Of a stretch of DNA of 64,000 bases, positions 13,117 through 29,217 are shown one piece after another. Both the position numbers and the translations under genes were made by a program. Under the pieces are notes generated by a model. The model saw only the letters and a list, made by a program, of their open reading frames with translations, was not told the DNA's origin and ran no database searches. How positions within the stretch are numbered: the first letter of the stretch is position 1; the number at the start of each line of letters is the position of its first letter. The DNA comes from Eledone cirrhosa (Eukaryota): assembly GCA_964016885.1 (NCBI GenBank), contig OZ024741.1, forward strand, positions 184,760,001 to 184,824,000, written 5' to 3'.

Positions 13117-14290
13117 TACAGGGGTTGGACAAAATAATGGAAACACTTTAAAATTTCAAACAAATTTATTTTAATATGGAGTAATTACAAATTTATTTTA
13201 ATATGGAGCAATTACACCTTAAATTCTACAAGGTATGGACTTGTACAACGTTTGAATTGTTTCCAAAGGAATTTTTGTCCATTCTTCAGCTAAAACAGTC
13301 TCCAGTTCTTGTAGTGATGATGGTGGAGGATATCGACTCCTTACTTGTTTTTCTAAAATGCACCATAAATGTTCAATACTATTGAGATCTGGGGACTGTG
13401 GTGGCCAGATAAGATGTTCAACTTCACTAGAATGTTCCTCGTGCCATCAGTAACAACTTTAACTGTGTGAATTGGTGCATTATCACCCTGAAAGATTGCG
13501 TTTCCCTCCGGAAACAGTTCCGCAACCATATGATGAATTTTATGAGATAAAATGCTTAAATAGTCTTGACTATTAATTCTGCCATGAAGGGAAACCATTG
13601 GGCCGGTGGAGTTCCAAGATATAGCCCCTCAGATTATCACAGATCCTCCTCCATGATTAAAAGTTGGAAGAAGGCAGTCTGGGTCAAGTGCTTCTTCTGC
13701 CTGTCTCCACACATATACTCGGCCGGTGGTCGGAAATAAGGTAAAGGATGACTCGTCCGAGAAAATAACATTCTTCCACTGTTCTAGGGACCAATTCTGT
13801 AGGTTTTTACTCCACTCTAAAAGCTTTGTAATGTTTGCTTTTGAAAGTAGTGGTTTTCTGATTGCAGCCCTCCCGTGAAATCCGGCTTTGTGCAGCTCCC
13901 GGCGAACAGTTTTTGTGGAAACTGGGTTCTCGAGGTGGTCATTAAGCTCTGCAGTAATTTTGGGAGCTGTACTTCTGTGATCCTTTCTAACAATTCGCGT
14001 AAGAGTCGACGGTCCCTATCTGAAAGTTGTAGTTTTCTTCCGGAGTTTTGTTTGAGGAGGTTTTTCCCTCTTTCTCAAAGGCTGTCATTACTTTCAAGAC
14101 AGTACTTCTTGATACACCAAACATTTCGACTGTTTTCGTTATGGTAGCGCCTGCCATATGAGCACCAACAATTTGACCTCTTTGAAAGTCCGATAGATCT
14201 GTCATTTTAATGAATTTTGATTACCTTTTTCAATGGACTAAAAGAAGACCAGAGCAATTAACATACGTTATAAAGGCCAGATAAAATGAA
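13117..14290 (-). mobile_element. Tc1-family DNA transposon, disrupted transposase, one TIR visible
   Basis: MTDLSDFQRGQIVGA...FGVSRSTV (HTH), IFSDES, AIFQGDNAPIH, WPPQSPDLN; TA + CAGGGGTTGGACAAAATAATGGAAACAC at 13117. Confidence 0.88.
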
Positions 14291-14682
14291 AACAGTGGTC
14301 GTGAAGCCATCAGCCACCGGAGCAAAAGAAACGAAGCAAGCTAAACAGGTTAACAAAAGAATTTACCTGGACCTCCTGGAAAGTGTTGGTAAAATCCAGT
14401 GGGATGTTTCTGTGACACTCTAAATCAATTATACAGCCTGCTTTCGTTATAAGCTTTTAGTATAATGATCGAACAAGGTAGCCATTTCTTCAATAGGTAT
14501 TTTGTTATCAGCCGGCTACCGGATTCCATTGAAGTAGTAGTGAAATGACTACCCCACGTGTTTACCCTGCAAGGGAGGTACCCCGGTTTTTGGAGGGTTC
14601 ATTCAAAATGTGTAAATGTATTGCAAAAATTGCAAAAAACTGCACGAATCGAAGTAAGATATATATATACATACATACATAT

Positions 14683-14741
<59 letters not shown>

Positions 14742-15074
14742 AATATGTATGTATGTATAATCATAACATATGTCAATACAAAATAATTTTTTTTAAAATC
14801 AATTCTTAACAGTTGATGTATGAAACGAAGTGTAATGAAAATGTTGGTGATAATATCAACACAAATCATAATGTTACTGTTCACCATACATCAGCTGTCA
14901 TCAATGCCAACAAAAACCAATTTATACATACTTTGGTAGCATCAAATTTTATAGACGTCAATGCTGGATTTGAGAACAACTTGTGAGTTCCAAACAAGCT
15001 GTTAAAATCTCATGCAAACATCAGAAAGAAAAATTGAATAAAATGTTTAAAATCTATTCTCGGCAGAGCTGTTC

Positions 15075-17520
15075 TGTTAGGGAACCGGTCGCAGGAGGCG
15101 GATAGCGATGCGGCCACCAGATATGATAGTTATCTCTCTATATATAAAACAGAGAATTCTGTCTATCTGAGGAAATCCCTAAAACTCGAGAAGTATCCGA
15201 CCGATTTTTTCAAACTCTACACATGCGTTACTTATATTTCTTAAAGTACAATGGGCTAAAAAACTTTTAACTTTGTCTGTCCGCATTTTTTAGTCATTTT
15301 GAGGCTTTTTTGAAGCGTAACTTAAAGATAATCCAGCTGATTTCCTCGAAAATTGCAGCACACATTAGTTAGTCCACTCACATTACTGTGGACTAAAATT
15401 CCGATTTCATTAATGGTTTCTAGGAAATTTACGAATTAGCATTGGGCATTACATGCCATTTTCATTTTCAATATAAACGCTACTTAAACATCGTTAGTAG
15501 CGTATAATATTTCGTTAAAAATTTGGTTTATTTAATAGAGGACACAACATTTACTTACTTTTAAGCAGGAATATTTTCGGAGGATTGAAGAAATGAGGTG
15601 GGCTTTAAAATTTTTTCGGCTCCCTGTTGACGCTTCGTGCTTTCATCACGCGCAAATCCGTGTCCGTGTTATTCAAACTGTAAAACTCACGTTTGTGCTA
15701 CTTCTACGAAGACCCTTTTTGTTGCACCTACACCGCAGTATGAACGCCCTGCGCAAGTACACAGAACAGCGGTTGTGCTAATTCCACGGTGAACCCAACT
15801 TGAAATTGTTGATGGTGAACCCAATAGTAATTCCGAAACGTTCGGCATCCGATATAACAGTTCGGTCTATATCAGATTGGGTGGATTTACGAAGAGGTTA
15901 TGGCCTCCTGTGGGGAAGGCCCAGCATGCTGTGCGGTTGCATGACATGTCTTACTCAAGCACTGCAGGCTTTAATCTATACAGTATGCATGCAGTTGCAA
16001 TAGACATAACTGATGGTGTCTGATGTCTGTCCGGATGACTGGGTGCGAATCTATAACACTTGAAAAGTACCTAACCGATTTTCTCCAAATGGAAGAAAAA
16101 TCATACTCTAAGATTTAGTAAGCCTAAAGAGTATCCAGCTGATTTTCTTCAGATTTTGCACACGCACACAGATGTTTCACGATTCGGGCCTGCTGGTGTT
16201 CTACGTTTCCAGTAGATGAACAATCATTCTCTGAGAATAAGGGAATTCAAAAAGTACACAGTAACATTTCTCAATCTTTGCATATGCGTGTTGCTATTTC
16301 ACGTTTCCTACCCCGTGCAACGCCGGGTCCTGCTATTAGTTTACGATATAAACGGGCATGTACCGGACGAGTATGTAGTCCCAGGGCAACAGTGGTAAAA
16401 TACTAGGGAAGATGAAGCAATATGTGGCCCCTTTAACTTCCAAGAAAACTCTCAAAACCAGGTGATGTACCTATGACGAGGTGAGGAAAGGCCGGCTCTA
16501 AAAATGCCTAGTCTTTTGAAAAAGTACCAGAGAAGTGAATAAGACCACCAAAACTGCAGTAAAGGTAAGAAAAAGGAGCATACCGCATAGTCCTTCGCGC
16601 GAGTTAACAAAGGACGCGTTCAGGACTTAGATAAAGGAACCTGTTCGAAAAATATATTGCAATCTCCATTTCATGTCGTAAAATCTGGTGATATGCTGCG
16701 ACATGTGCTGGGAGGCGTGGAATGTTCGTACTAGGATTGCGAATCTTGAGATGCAAAAGAAGGTAAAGACGAGTTCAAACCTTGACAATTTGAACATGGA
16801 ACGTCACAAACCATACAGGTAAGAGAAGGAACTAGTGGAAGAGGCTAAATGCTCCAGGCTAGAATATAGTCTGGGCTTCCAAAGTTCCGTGGCTCTTTTA
16901 CTGCAGATTTGGATGGATCTCCACTACTCAGGTGTGGCGCCAGAAATGACTGCACAGGCGGACGTGGGGATAGTTACAAACCCCCGGCTTTCAGAATCTC
17001 TTATGGACTGGATACCATCAGTGGGGAGGATTTGCCTCTTGAAGCTTAGGCTGAAAGAGATATCTCTGCGGGTGGTACAGGTTTATGCATCAAACAAGGA
17101 GTCCGAATACTGATCCTTCCTTGATGAAGACACTACAACGTTAGATGTAGTTAAGACTGAGTCATATATTTTGATGAGAGACTTAAATGGTCACCTAACA
17201 TCGAAAATAGTAATTGGAAAGAACGGTGATCCCGATCTAATTACGTATGGAGGAGCCTTATTCGATTTAGGAAGTTGAAACGGAGTGGAGATAGTTCAGC
17301 TCAGCAGTTTCTGTCCCAGCTGTTAAATTCTGTGGAAGAAATAGGCTTGCTATGGTGCCAGCAGGCAGGAGGACCACTTGGTTCCATCAAAATGTTAAAG
17401 ATACTATCCGAGCAAAGAAAGAGTCTTACAAATGTTGGCTTGGAAATAAGACCTCCTTCTTGCACTTACGATACAAGCAGGCTCGAAGAATCGCAGCAGA
17501 GACAGTAAAGGCATCCAAAG
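15075..17520 (+). mobile_element. Degenerate RTE-clade LINE 5' region (5' UTR + APE endonuclease), interrupted by the Helitron
   Basis: TWNV at ~16795, HYSGV...VGIV, RICLLKLRL...VVQVYA, DLNGH; GCGGATAG..CGGCCACCAGATATG at ~15098-15125 resembles RTE 5' UTRs. Confidence 0.7.
15133..16339 (+). mobile_element. Non-autonomous Helitron
   Basis: 5' TC..TATATATAAAA; 3' hairpin CCCGTGCAACGCCGGG then TTAG|T (CTAG variant); lies between A and T with no TSD; 3' end resembles the 54748 element. Confidence 0.75.
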
Positions 17521-17635
17521 CTTAATTGCCTTCATACCCCTACCCTCTGTAGGCTGCTAATCATGTGATAGTTCTCCCGTTCGAAATGATCGTATATACC
17601 GGATAACTCAGTTGAATCCTTTCTTGTTTGAAAAT

Positions 17636-17704
17636 GTTCCCTGATGATTTGTTAATTTCACAACACTAAATGCTGAGTTTGATCAATGAAACTGCAGTAG
17701 TGAC
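17636..17704 (+). ncRNA. Type I hammerhead ribozyme, long stem II, palindromic stem III
   Basis: GTTCC-CTGATGA-TTTG...CAAT-GAAA-CTGCAG-TA-GTGAC; one stem I mismatch. Confidence 0.65.
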
Positions 17705-17950
17705 TCTAGAATTAAATGTTTACATATTTCTTTATTTTATTTGTGTTTCTCAAATATAATTACTATTACTCTGAATAATTAATTCTTATTAATTCTTTTC
17801 ATAAAGCAAAATTGGTATCTGTTGGACACTGTCATATGTATGTCTATACTTGTGAATAAATCTTCAGTATATTGAATATCGAGTTTGAAGTGCGAGCGTA
17901 TTAGAGTGTGTATGTATGTATGTATATATAAAATCACTACTAAATAAGAT

Positions 17951-18138
17951 AATAATTGTTTCTACTTTTGACACAAGGCCAGCAATTACCCAGTACATTA
18001 CTGGTATTTTATTTTATCGACCCCGTAAGGATGAAAGGCAAAGTTAACCTTGGCGCGATTTGAACTCAGAATGCCAAAGGGGCGTAACTCTATTCGTCAA
18101 AGCATAGTGTCCGACTCTCTACCGATACTGCCAATCCA
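17951..18138 (-). mobile_element. tRNA-derived SINE, family A
   Basis: Reverse complement of the family A sequence. Confidence 0.9.
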
Positions 18139-18191
18139 ATGTTTGCGAGATAATAAGAGTAATTTTCAGATCGTTATTTTTTTCTTTTAAA

Positions 18192-18381
18192 TAGTTGTTT
18201 CTACTTTTGGCACAGGTCCAGCAATTATCCAGTGCATTACTGGTACTTTATTTTATCGACCACGTAAAGATGAAAGGCAAAGTTAACCTCGGCGGGATTT
18301 GAACTCAGAAGATAAAGAGCTATAAATTCATGCAGCAAACTTGGTGTCTGATGTTCTACCGATACTGCCAATCCACTGCCC
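18192..18381 (-). mobile_element. tRNA-derived SINE, family A
   Basis: Reverse complement of the family A sequence. Confidence 0.9.
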
Positions 18382-18483
18382 TTTAGATTTAGATTTTATT
18401 TTGAAAAATAATATAAATTTAAATGAAACGTAGGCCAATCATTCCATTTATCTATCTCGATATGTATGTATCTAGCCCCCGTC

Positions 18484-18578
<95 letters not shown>

Positions 18579-18609
18579 CGCTCTCACTATATATATATAT
18601 TATAATATA

Positions 18610-20400
18610 TAATTGAAAAAGTACAAAAGTACAACAGTACAAATTGTTTCACTGATAGAGATGTCTAAACATTGATGAACACTAGAAGCAGTGCCACTCA
18701 ATTTTAAATACAATGTTAGTTCGATCAGATCTTCAGAAACTGTTGATTGAAAATATATGTAACCGGCAAATTTACAAATTTATATCGAAGAACCGGCGCA
18801 TAGAAAAGCATCTAAATGTAACTGTCATCTACCTGATAAATGCCCTTTACAAAATAGATGCCTAGAGACAAATATAGTATACCTATGTACTATAAATTCA
18901 GGTAGGTTAGGATGGCATTACATTGGTTCCACAGCTGAGGAGTTTAAGAAAAGGTGGTACTACATAGACACTCTATGATTAACAGATATCTCTTAAATAC
19001 AACGACTCTCGCCAATAAAATCTGGCAACTCAAAGATGCAAACATGGAATATAAAATCAGCTGGACGAAACTATCAAATTGGTATGTCCCACTGTGGTCT
19101 CTGTAACATGGAGCTTTTCCAAAATTTAAATTATAACAAAATTCTCCTTAACAGTAAAATTGAAAGAACTATTTTTTGTCGACATAAATCGACAACCAAA
19201 TTCGAGAACTTTAGACCAGCTTAATTCCATCTTATCTATTCCATAACCCAGTTTGTACCACTTGGATCTATTATAATATCACATTATCAGCATCATCATC
19301 ATTATGTTTATGATTATAATTATAATTGTCACCATCTATCAAAGAACAACATCAAAACCTCTTATATTTACATTTTTATTTTATATATATCTATCTTTCA
19401 TTCTCTATATTTATATTTCTCTCCCTAAATTTATTTCATCTCTGTCATTCTATTTTATCATATATTTAACTTAAAGCTAATTAATTAATTTATTTATTAA
19501 AATAACCAATACACACATAACTATATTTAACATTATCATATTTTGTTCTTAACATCTCTACATATATTCTAATAATTCTCAAAAAACAATCTCAATAGTC
19601 TTAATATGGTTAAATATTCTTCTCAGATTTTTACTTCTTTTCCGTATTTATTTTCATTTTTCATTTTCACATTTTATACCACTTTATTATATACATTAGA
19701 TACAATTTATTTATTTATTTATTTATTTATTTATCAATTTTTTATTAATTTTTTAATATATTTTTTATATATTTACTTTTATGTTTATTTACATTTATTC
19801 ATATATTAACGATTATTCATTTATTTTCCTCTCTATTTTTCTTTCTATCCTACGTTATTTTTAATTATGCTTGTCTCTCATCTATCTCTGATCATTTTCT
19901 ATATATTTTCGTCTCTTTATATATATATTTTTTTTTCTCTGTAATAATTTCTCCTTTTTCTTCTTTTTCCCTTTCTCTTTTTTTTGTCCTTCTTTTTTCT
20001 CTTTCCTTTCCTTTCTTTCTTTACTGTATCTATCTCCTCTTTTTTTTCTCTATATATCTTTAATATTAATATTATTATTGATGATGTAATTTGAATTTGT
20101 AAATTTGCCTGTTACATATATTTTCAATCAACAGTTTCTGAAGATCTGATCGATCTAGCATCGTATTTAAAATTGAGTGGCACTGCTTCTAGTGTTCAGC
20201 AATTTTTAGACATCTCTATCAGTGTTAGACTGTACATAAATCCCCCTTTTTGTTAGACTGTAAATAAATCCCCTTTTTTGTACTGATGACCATGTTATTC
20301 ACCACTTTTTCAATTTTATTACTCCAAGAAAAACTTACATAGGAATACAAGTGAAATCATAAAGTCGTCATCTACGTATTTTGTTATCCTTTATATTATA
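18610..20400 (+). mobile_element. 5'-truncated PLE (GIY-YIG remnant, Hydra-clade-like, tentative) with inverted arms 18610-18780 / 20094-20315 and a tail to ~20400
   Basis: 18815-19224 reads CNCHLPDKCPLQNRCLETNIVY...YIGST..FKKRWY...TLANKIWQLK...CGLCNME...LLNS...CRH; arms are reverse complements; microsatellite flanks. Confidence 0.82.
18632..18745 (-). ncRNA. Hammerhead ribozyme with ~80 nt stem II region
   Basis: CAACAG(TTT)-CTGAAGA-TCTGAT...ATCAGT-GAAA-CAATTTG-TA-CTGTTG; 3 nt bulge in stem I; the copy in the right arm (20128-) is broken by an insertion. Confidence 0.6.
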
Positions 20401-20418
20401 ACACACACACACACACAT

Positions 20419-20884
<466 letters not shown>

Positions 20885-20905
20885 TATATATGTATATATA
20901 TATAT

Positions 20906-21086
20906 GAGAAGATTCAGGACCCCGATAGCTTAGCTCCGGCCGCTTCGGCAGCTAGATCCGAACCGTTCGGATATAACTGTCGAAACGGCCGGAGCTCAGT
21001 CGTCGGGGTCCTGAACCATTTTATATTACCCACTCTACTACACCAATTATCGTGTACTCTGACGGGTTATGGTCCAGCTGGTACTA

Positions 21087-21090
<4 letters not shown>
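20906..21090 (+). repeat. Fold-back insert in (TA)n carrying the 3' half of a hammerhead and a tail; same family as 49030-49157
   Basis: Hairpin 20912-21015 centred on CGAAC-C-GTTCG; GAAACGGC..GTCGTC at 20982-21004; tail TTACCCACTCTACTAC. Confidence 0.8.
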
Positions 21091-21138
<48 letters not shown>

Positions 21139-21156
21139 ATATATATATACACCCTA

Positions 21157-21247
<91 letters not shown>

Positions 21248-21739
21248 CTGGACCTGAAAAATGCGCAAGCTCAAAAGAGCCACAGAATGTTATAATAAAC
21301 CTTCAAATGTGTGGGACTAGAGTTGTTGCTCAAAGATAGTGTAATAATTATCTATCGTACACACTGTGGCATCTTTTTATAAAAAAGAGACTCATAACGA
21401 ACTCAAGACGACACGATAATTATTTAAGCTAATGTTCAATATCTTATATTAGATGTTTAGTAATGATTAATACGAAATGCACTTAAATCGACTTCTATAT
21501 TATAAATTCACTTAAATAATTATCGTCACGCCTTGAGTTCGTTATGAGTCTCTTTTTTATAAAAGGATGCCACAGAGTGTACGATAGATAATGATTACAA
21601 TATTTTTGAGCAACAATTCTAGTCCAATACTTTTGAAGGTTTATTATAAAATTCTGTGGCTCTTTTGAGCTTGCGCATTTTTCAGGTCTAGTTTAATATT
21701 TTTTTAAGGCAACACTTGTAATAACTCTAGGTAAAACTG
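21248..21739 (+). repeat. Fold-back insert: arms 21248-21428 / 21511-21691, tail ~21692-21739
   Basis: ~180 bp imperfect inverted repeat starting directly at a (TA)n tract. Confidence 0.88.
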
Positions 21740-22798
21740 ATATATATTAATAATAAATTATCGTTGTAATGTAATTAGATTATATAATTATTATTTTATA
21801 AATTTTTAATAATGATTTTATAAAAACATATTTTCAAACTTTTAATAGTTAATATAAATTTAAAAAATCGTATATTACTCACCAAAATAACAATATAACT
21901 TACCAAAACGAGAAAATTATTTTGATGATAAAAATTCGAAATACTGGAGGAAGATTCGATAGCGAAACGATAAATAAACGTGGAAACAAAGTGGCGGATG
22001 CTTTTGAGCAACAATTACTCTCGTTGGTTGATTAGCCAATAAGACGATGAAATTAGTCAATAAGACGATACATTACAAAAGATGTTTGGCAGGGATCACC
22101 ACGGTCAGCGATACCCCTTGAAATTTTTATTCACCAGCTACCCATGTATGTCATGTCAGACACGAACACGTAAAACATCCTGCTGTTAGTCACTGCGTGT
22201 CTAACAGATACGATACACGTACAATGTGCACAGATATATAAAGAGAAATAGTCTACAAAACAGTTTCAAAACGAACATTAACACATTATGTAATACGTCA
22301 GATTAAGGAGCTAGTTTTGTTTGCTTGTATATATGTATGTAGGCACATATGTATATAGCCACGAATGTGTATATTCATGTATGTATGTATGTATGTATTT
22401 ATGTATGTATGTATGTATGCATGTATGTATGTATGCATGTACGTATGCATGTATGTATGCATGTATGTATGTGTGTATATGTGTATGTATGTGTGTATGT
22501 ATATGTATATTAGCACATACCCACACGTACACATTTATTTATATGCATATATTTATATTATTTTATTTTATATGATAATAGACGTAGACATTATTATCAC
22601 CAATTTGAGACGATAATGTGCAGCACATTTATTTAAATACGCTTACATACACATTCACATACTCTTACACACAGTTCTATAAAATACATACAGGGTATGT
22701 ATATATGAGTAATTTCACAAATATATAAGCTATTTCCCTATATTTTGTCGCCGTCTCTTTATCTCTCTAAATCTCTGTATGTAATTATATACATACAC

Positions 22799-22909
<111 letters not shown>

Positions 22910-24247
22910 GTATATGTATATATGTGTGCGTGTGTGTGTGTGTGTGTGTGTTGTCTGTGTGTATGCGTGTGTATGTGCGTGTGTGTGTGTGTGTAAGTAT
23001 ATATGTACACATAATTATATGAATACAAGTACTACAATAGAAAATGATTCGTTGAAGCAACAAACAATAAATAATAAAGTTACTCACTACATACGAGATC
23101 GTTTGAACTAACAATATATCCCATTAATCAGCTTTTGTGCCATCTCATCCTCACCGAATCAAGGTTAATGCTGCAAGCGATACCCAGCAGTCATTGAGGT
23201 AGCTGGCTTAACCTTTACAATCTCTGTCCATTTATTAATTCCAAAATGTCGTTTATTTCATGCAATGCCATTTGGACAGGAAGTTGACAATATTTCAATC
23301 CAAGACGTAATAATTTCATTTGAATCAGTTATGAGGCCAATATTCTCAATGTGAATTGTAGGAGTATAATAAGATGGATCTCCATCGGTTTCTACGACGG
23401 TGTGTTCTAATTATTTGATCAACATAATGGCCTACATATTGACTTAAACGAGTATTTCATTGACACGCGTACCTCTGATATAATTTTCTGGAAGAGTAAA
23501 TATGACAAATTCTTTGACGAATCCTGACATTTGAAGTTTATGCACATTCAATCTAATGGCCTTAAAATAGATTGCTTCTACGTCATTTCATATAAAGGGT
23601 TTAAGGTTAATAACTTACAGAAGACGGTACGTAGTTGGATCGAACCTGAAATTTCATGATTGCCATTTGGTCATATTTGCTCCCATAGAAGAGGCTAAAA
23701 TTCGATTAAATCTATTTTGTACATGTTTATTATTTATATCTTAATTGTATAAATCAGAAGGTGTTAGAAGAACATTTAATATGTATGTCAAATTTCTTGT
23801 CTCTGTTTATCCCTAAATCAGATCTATCACTAAAGAACCACTCTAATCTATTAAACCTTTCTTCATAATCTATAATTAGAACTACGTGTCGTTATCCAAT
23901 GTGTCATTTATTCCTAAAATATTAAAGGTGTAACGTTAAAGCTTGTGTATTATTACCAAGATGTTCAGCAAATACGTAGACGTTCTCTTTGTTATTATTA
24001 CTGATATTTAGCCCGCAGGTTTGTCATAATCCAAGAAATCTATGCCCAAAGGCATTCTAGCTATTGCAATCTCGTCTGTTACTCATTCACAGCGTATATT
24101 GCACTATACAATTTAATTAAGTATTGTTTTGCTTCTTTGAGTCAACTGGAGATAGTATGAGAATGATTTAGCTATTGTTTCTACCAGATTGAGCAATCAC
24201 ATACAGACTCCATGTGTTGCCGTTATTCGTTGGTTTTGTCCTAGAAT

Positions 24248-24377
24248 CAGTGGTCCTCAACCTTTTTTTAGTCATGGACCCCTTTTCCCTTATTTTTTTT
24301 TTTGGGGGGGGGCCTCATAGCTATTTGACAGGTATATTACATGGATATTACATGGACCCCCAGTTTGAGAAACACTG
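24248..24377. mobile_element. hAT-Charlie-like MITE
   Basis: TIRs CAGTGGTCCTCAACCT / AGTTTGAGAAACACTG; TCCTAGA on both flanks, resembling the Charlie target consensus. Confidence 0.75.
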
Positions 24378-24489
24378 TCCTAGATTGACACCATAATCCT
24401 GTCAGATATTTAATCAAAGAAGATCCAGCTGTGATCATCTCAGTTTTTTAATTCAAATATATGTTGTCTAACAAATAATCAACCCGAGG

Positions 24490-24667
24490 ATTTCTGGTAC
24501 TTCTATAGCATACAGACATACTTTTCTTTGACGTCGGTAGGGGTTGGCAAATTTTAGAATGGATCACGATAGATAATATATATATATTTTTTTCGTTTTT
24601 GAATTCCCATATTTTCCTAGCCAAAGCGGTAGATTTTCGAAAATCTACTGCTTTGGCTAGGAAAATA
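24490..24667 (-). mobile_element. PLE GIY-YIG fragment ending in a ~58 bp palindrome
   Basis: [13 protein letters not shown] and SILKFANPYRRQRKVC match the endonuclease remnants at 19.0 and 62.9 kb; hairpin 24610-24667. Confidence 0.65.
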
Positions 24668-24687
24668 CGCACACAGAACCCCCTCCC

Positions 24688-24793
<106 letters not shown>

Positions 24794-25389
24794 TAGATAG
24801 ATATATTTATATATATATATATATCTCATCCTCAACGAATCAAGGTTAATGCTGCAAGCGATACCCAGCAGCCATTGAGGTAGCTGGTTTAACCTTTACA
24901 ATCTCTGTCCATTTATTAATTCCATATTTTTATGTATGTATATATATATATATATATATACAGTATATATATATATATATATCACACACACATATATACA
25001 TTAAAAGGGATAGATAGAGAGGTAGATACATATACAGAGAGCTAGATGAGTAAATAAATAGATAAGTAAAAAAATCTACAGAGGGATAGAAGGACAGAAA
25101 GCGAGAGACACGGAGGGAGACAGAGAGAGAGATAAAGGGAGAGAAAGGGTGAGAGAGAGAGATAAAGGGAGAGAAAGGGTGAGAGAGAGAGACAGAGAAG
25201 GAGAGAGAAGTAGATACAATGAAAATAAGAACTGTAGATTTACGTTGCTTTTGTTGTCTTGATTTATGACATCAATGAAGTCTTTAAATCTCATGTGATG
25301 CAATATGTCTGGTTTAAGATATTTTCAATAATTTGCTAAAGTAAAACAAAAAGGAATATCTCCATGCATCAACTCACATTTCCCTATTG

Positions 25390-25459
<70 letters not shown>

Positions 25460-25657
25460 CCGGGATTGATTGAAGCATATTCTATATTATATATATATAT
25501 ATATATATTTGTATGTGTGTGTATGTGTGCGTGTGTGTAAACGTGTGTATCTTTATGACGTATAAATACGATGTAACGATCGAATCCACGTTATTTTACT
25601 CCTGGCCGCACACAAACACACACACACGCGCACACACACAAACACACACACACACAC

Positions 25658-25694
<37 letters not shown>

Positions 25695-25974
25695 CTCAAT
25701 ACACAACATGACAAAAACCATGATCATACAATACCAGAAACGTTCACATGAGCAGGTCTCATATAAGCAAAGCCATGCTTCATTTCAATCTTTTGACACA
25801 TTTCATATATTTATACGAAATGCTTTTTAATTTAGCTTTTCAGTTTGTCTTTTTTATATATCTTATGCATTTTTTCTTATTTGTAAAGAATGAAAACTTA
25901 GCATTGTTTCGGTTGTGTAACTATGAAATAGTGGCTGTCTTTTGCACTTAAACAATATATAACTTCAGTTTTGA

Positions 25975-28066
<2,092 letters not shown>

Positions 28067-28545
28067 TAGGGAATTTATAGTTTACTTGAAGCATTGTATA
28101 TAGTGTGTGGCTTTCAAACTTCGAAATCTTTATATATATAAACCCCACGTGCGTTTTGATAACGGCCAGTCCTTGGCTTGGCACTGATTTAAAACCCCGT
28201 TGAAAAAGTGACTTCCTTGTTCGATCATCATACCAAAAGCTTAACAATATTTGTCTAAGCAGACAGTACTTGATTCAGGAGTTGCAGAAACCCAATACTG
28301 GATATTACCAACCTTCCAGGGTTACGGGTATAATTTTCGATCATATTTTATTTGTTTGACCCGAATTACTTGGTCGTTTCTATGGCTGTGCGGATAATGG
28401 TTTAACCATCGTCTCAGTGTGTTTGGCCTTTTAACTTATGTTGTTGCTCTAGATCACTAGCTTCTATGGAGCGCTCGCCACACATCTCAGAAGTTGTTTT
28501 TCGCTAATTTCCAATAGCCGAAATACGATTCTCGCTAATTTATAT

Positions 28546-28576
<31 letters not shown>

Positions 28577-28586
28577 AAAGGTATAT

Positions 28587-29217
<631 letters not shown>

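Noticed and set aside
18933-18962. CTGAGGA-GTTTAA-GAAA hammerhead-like core
   Set aside because: Lies in endonuclease coding sequence; stems II and III do not pair
23100-23360. Possible host exon on the minus strand
   Set aside because: Stops in the plausible frames and no recognisable domain
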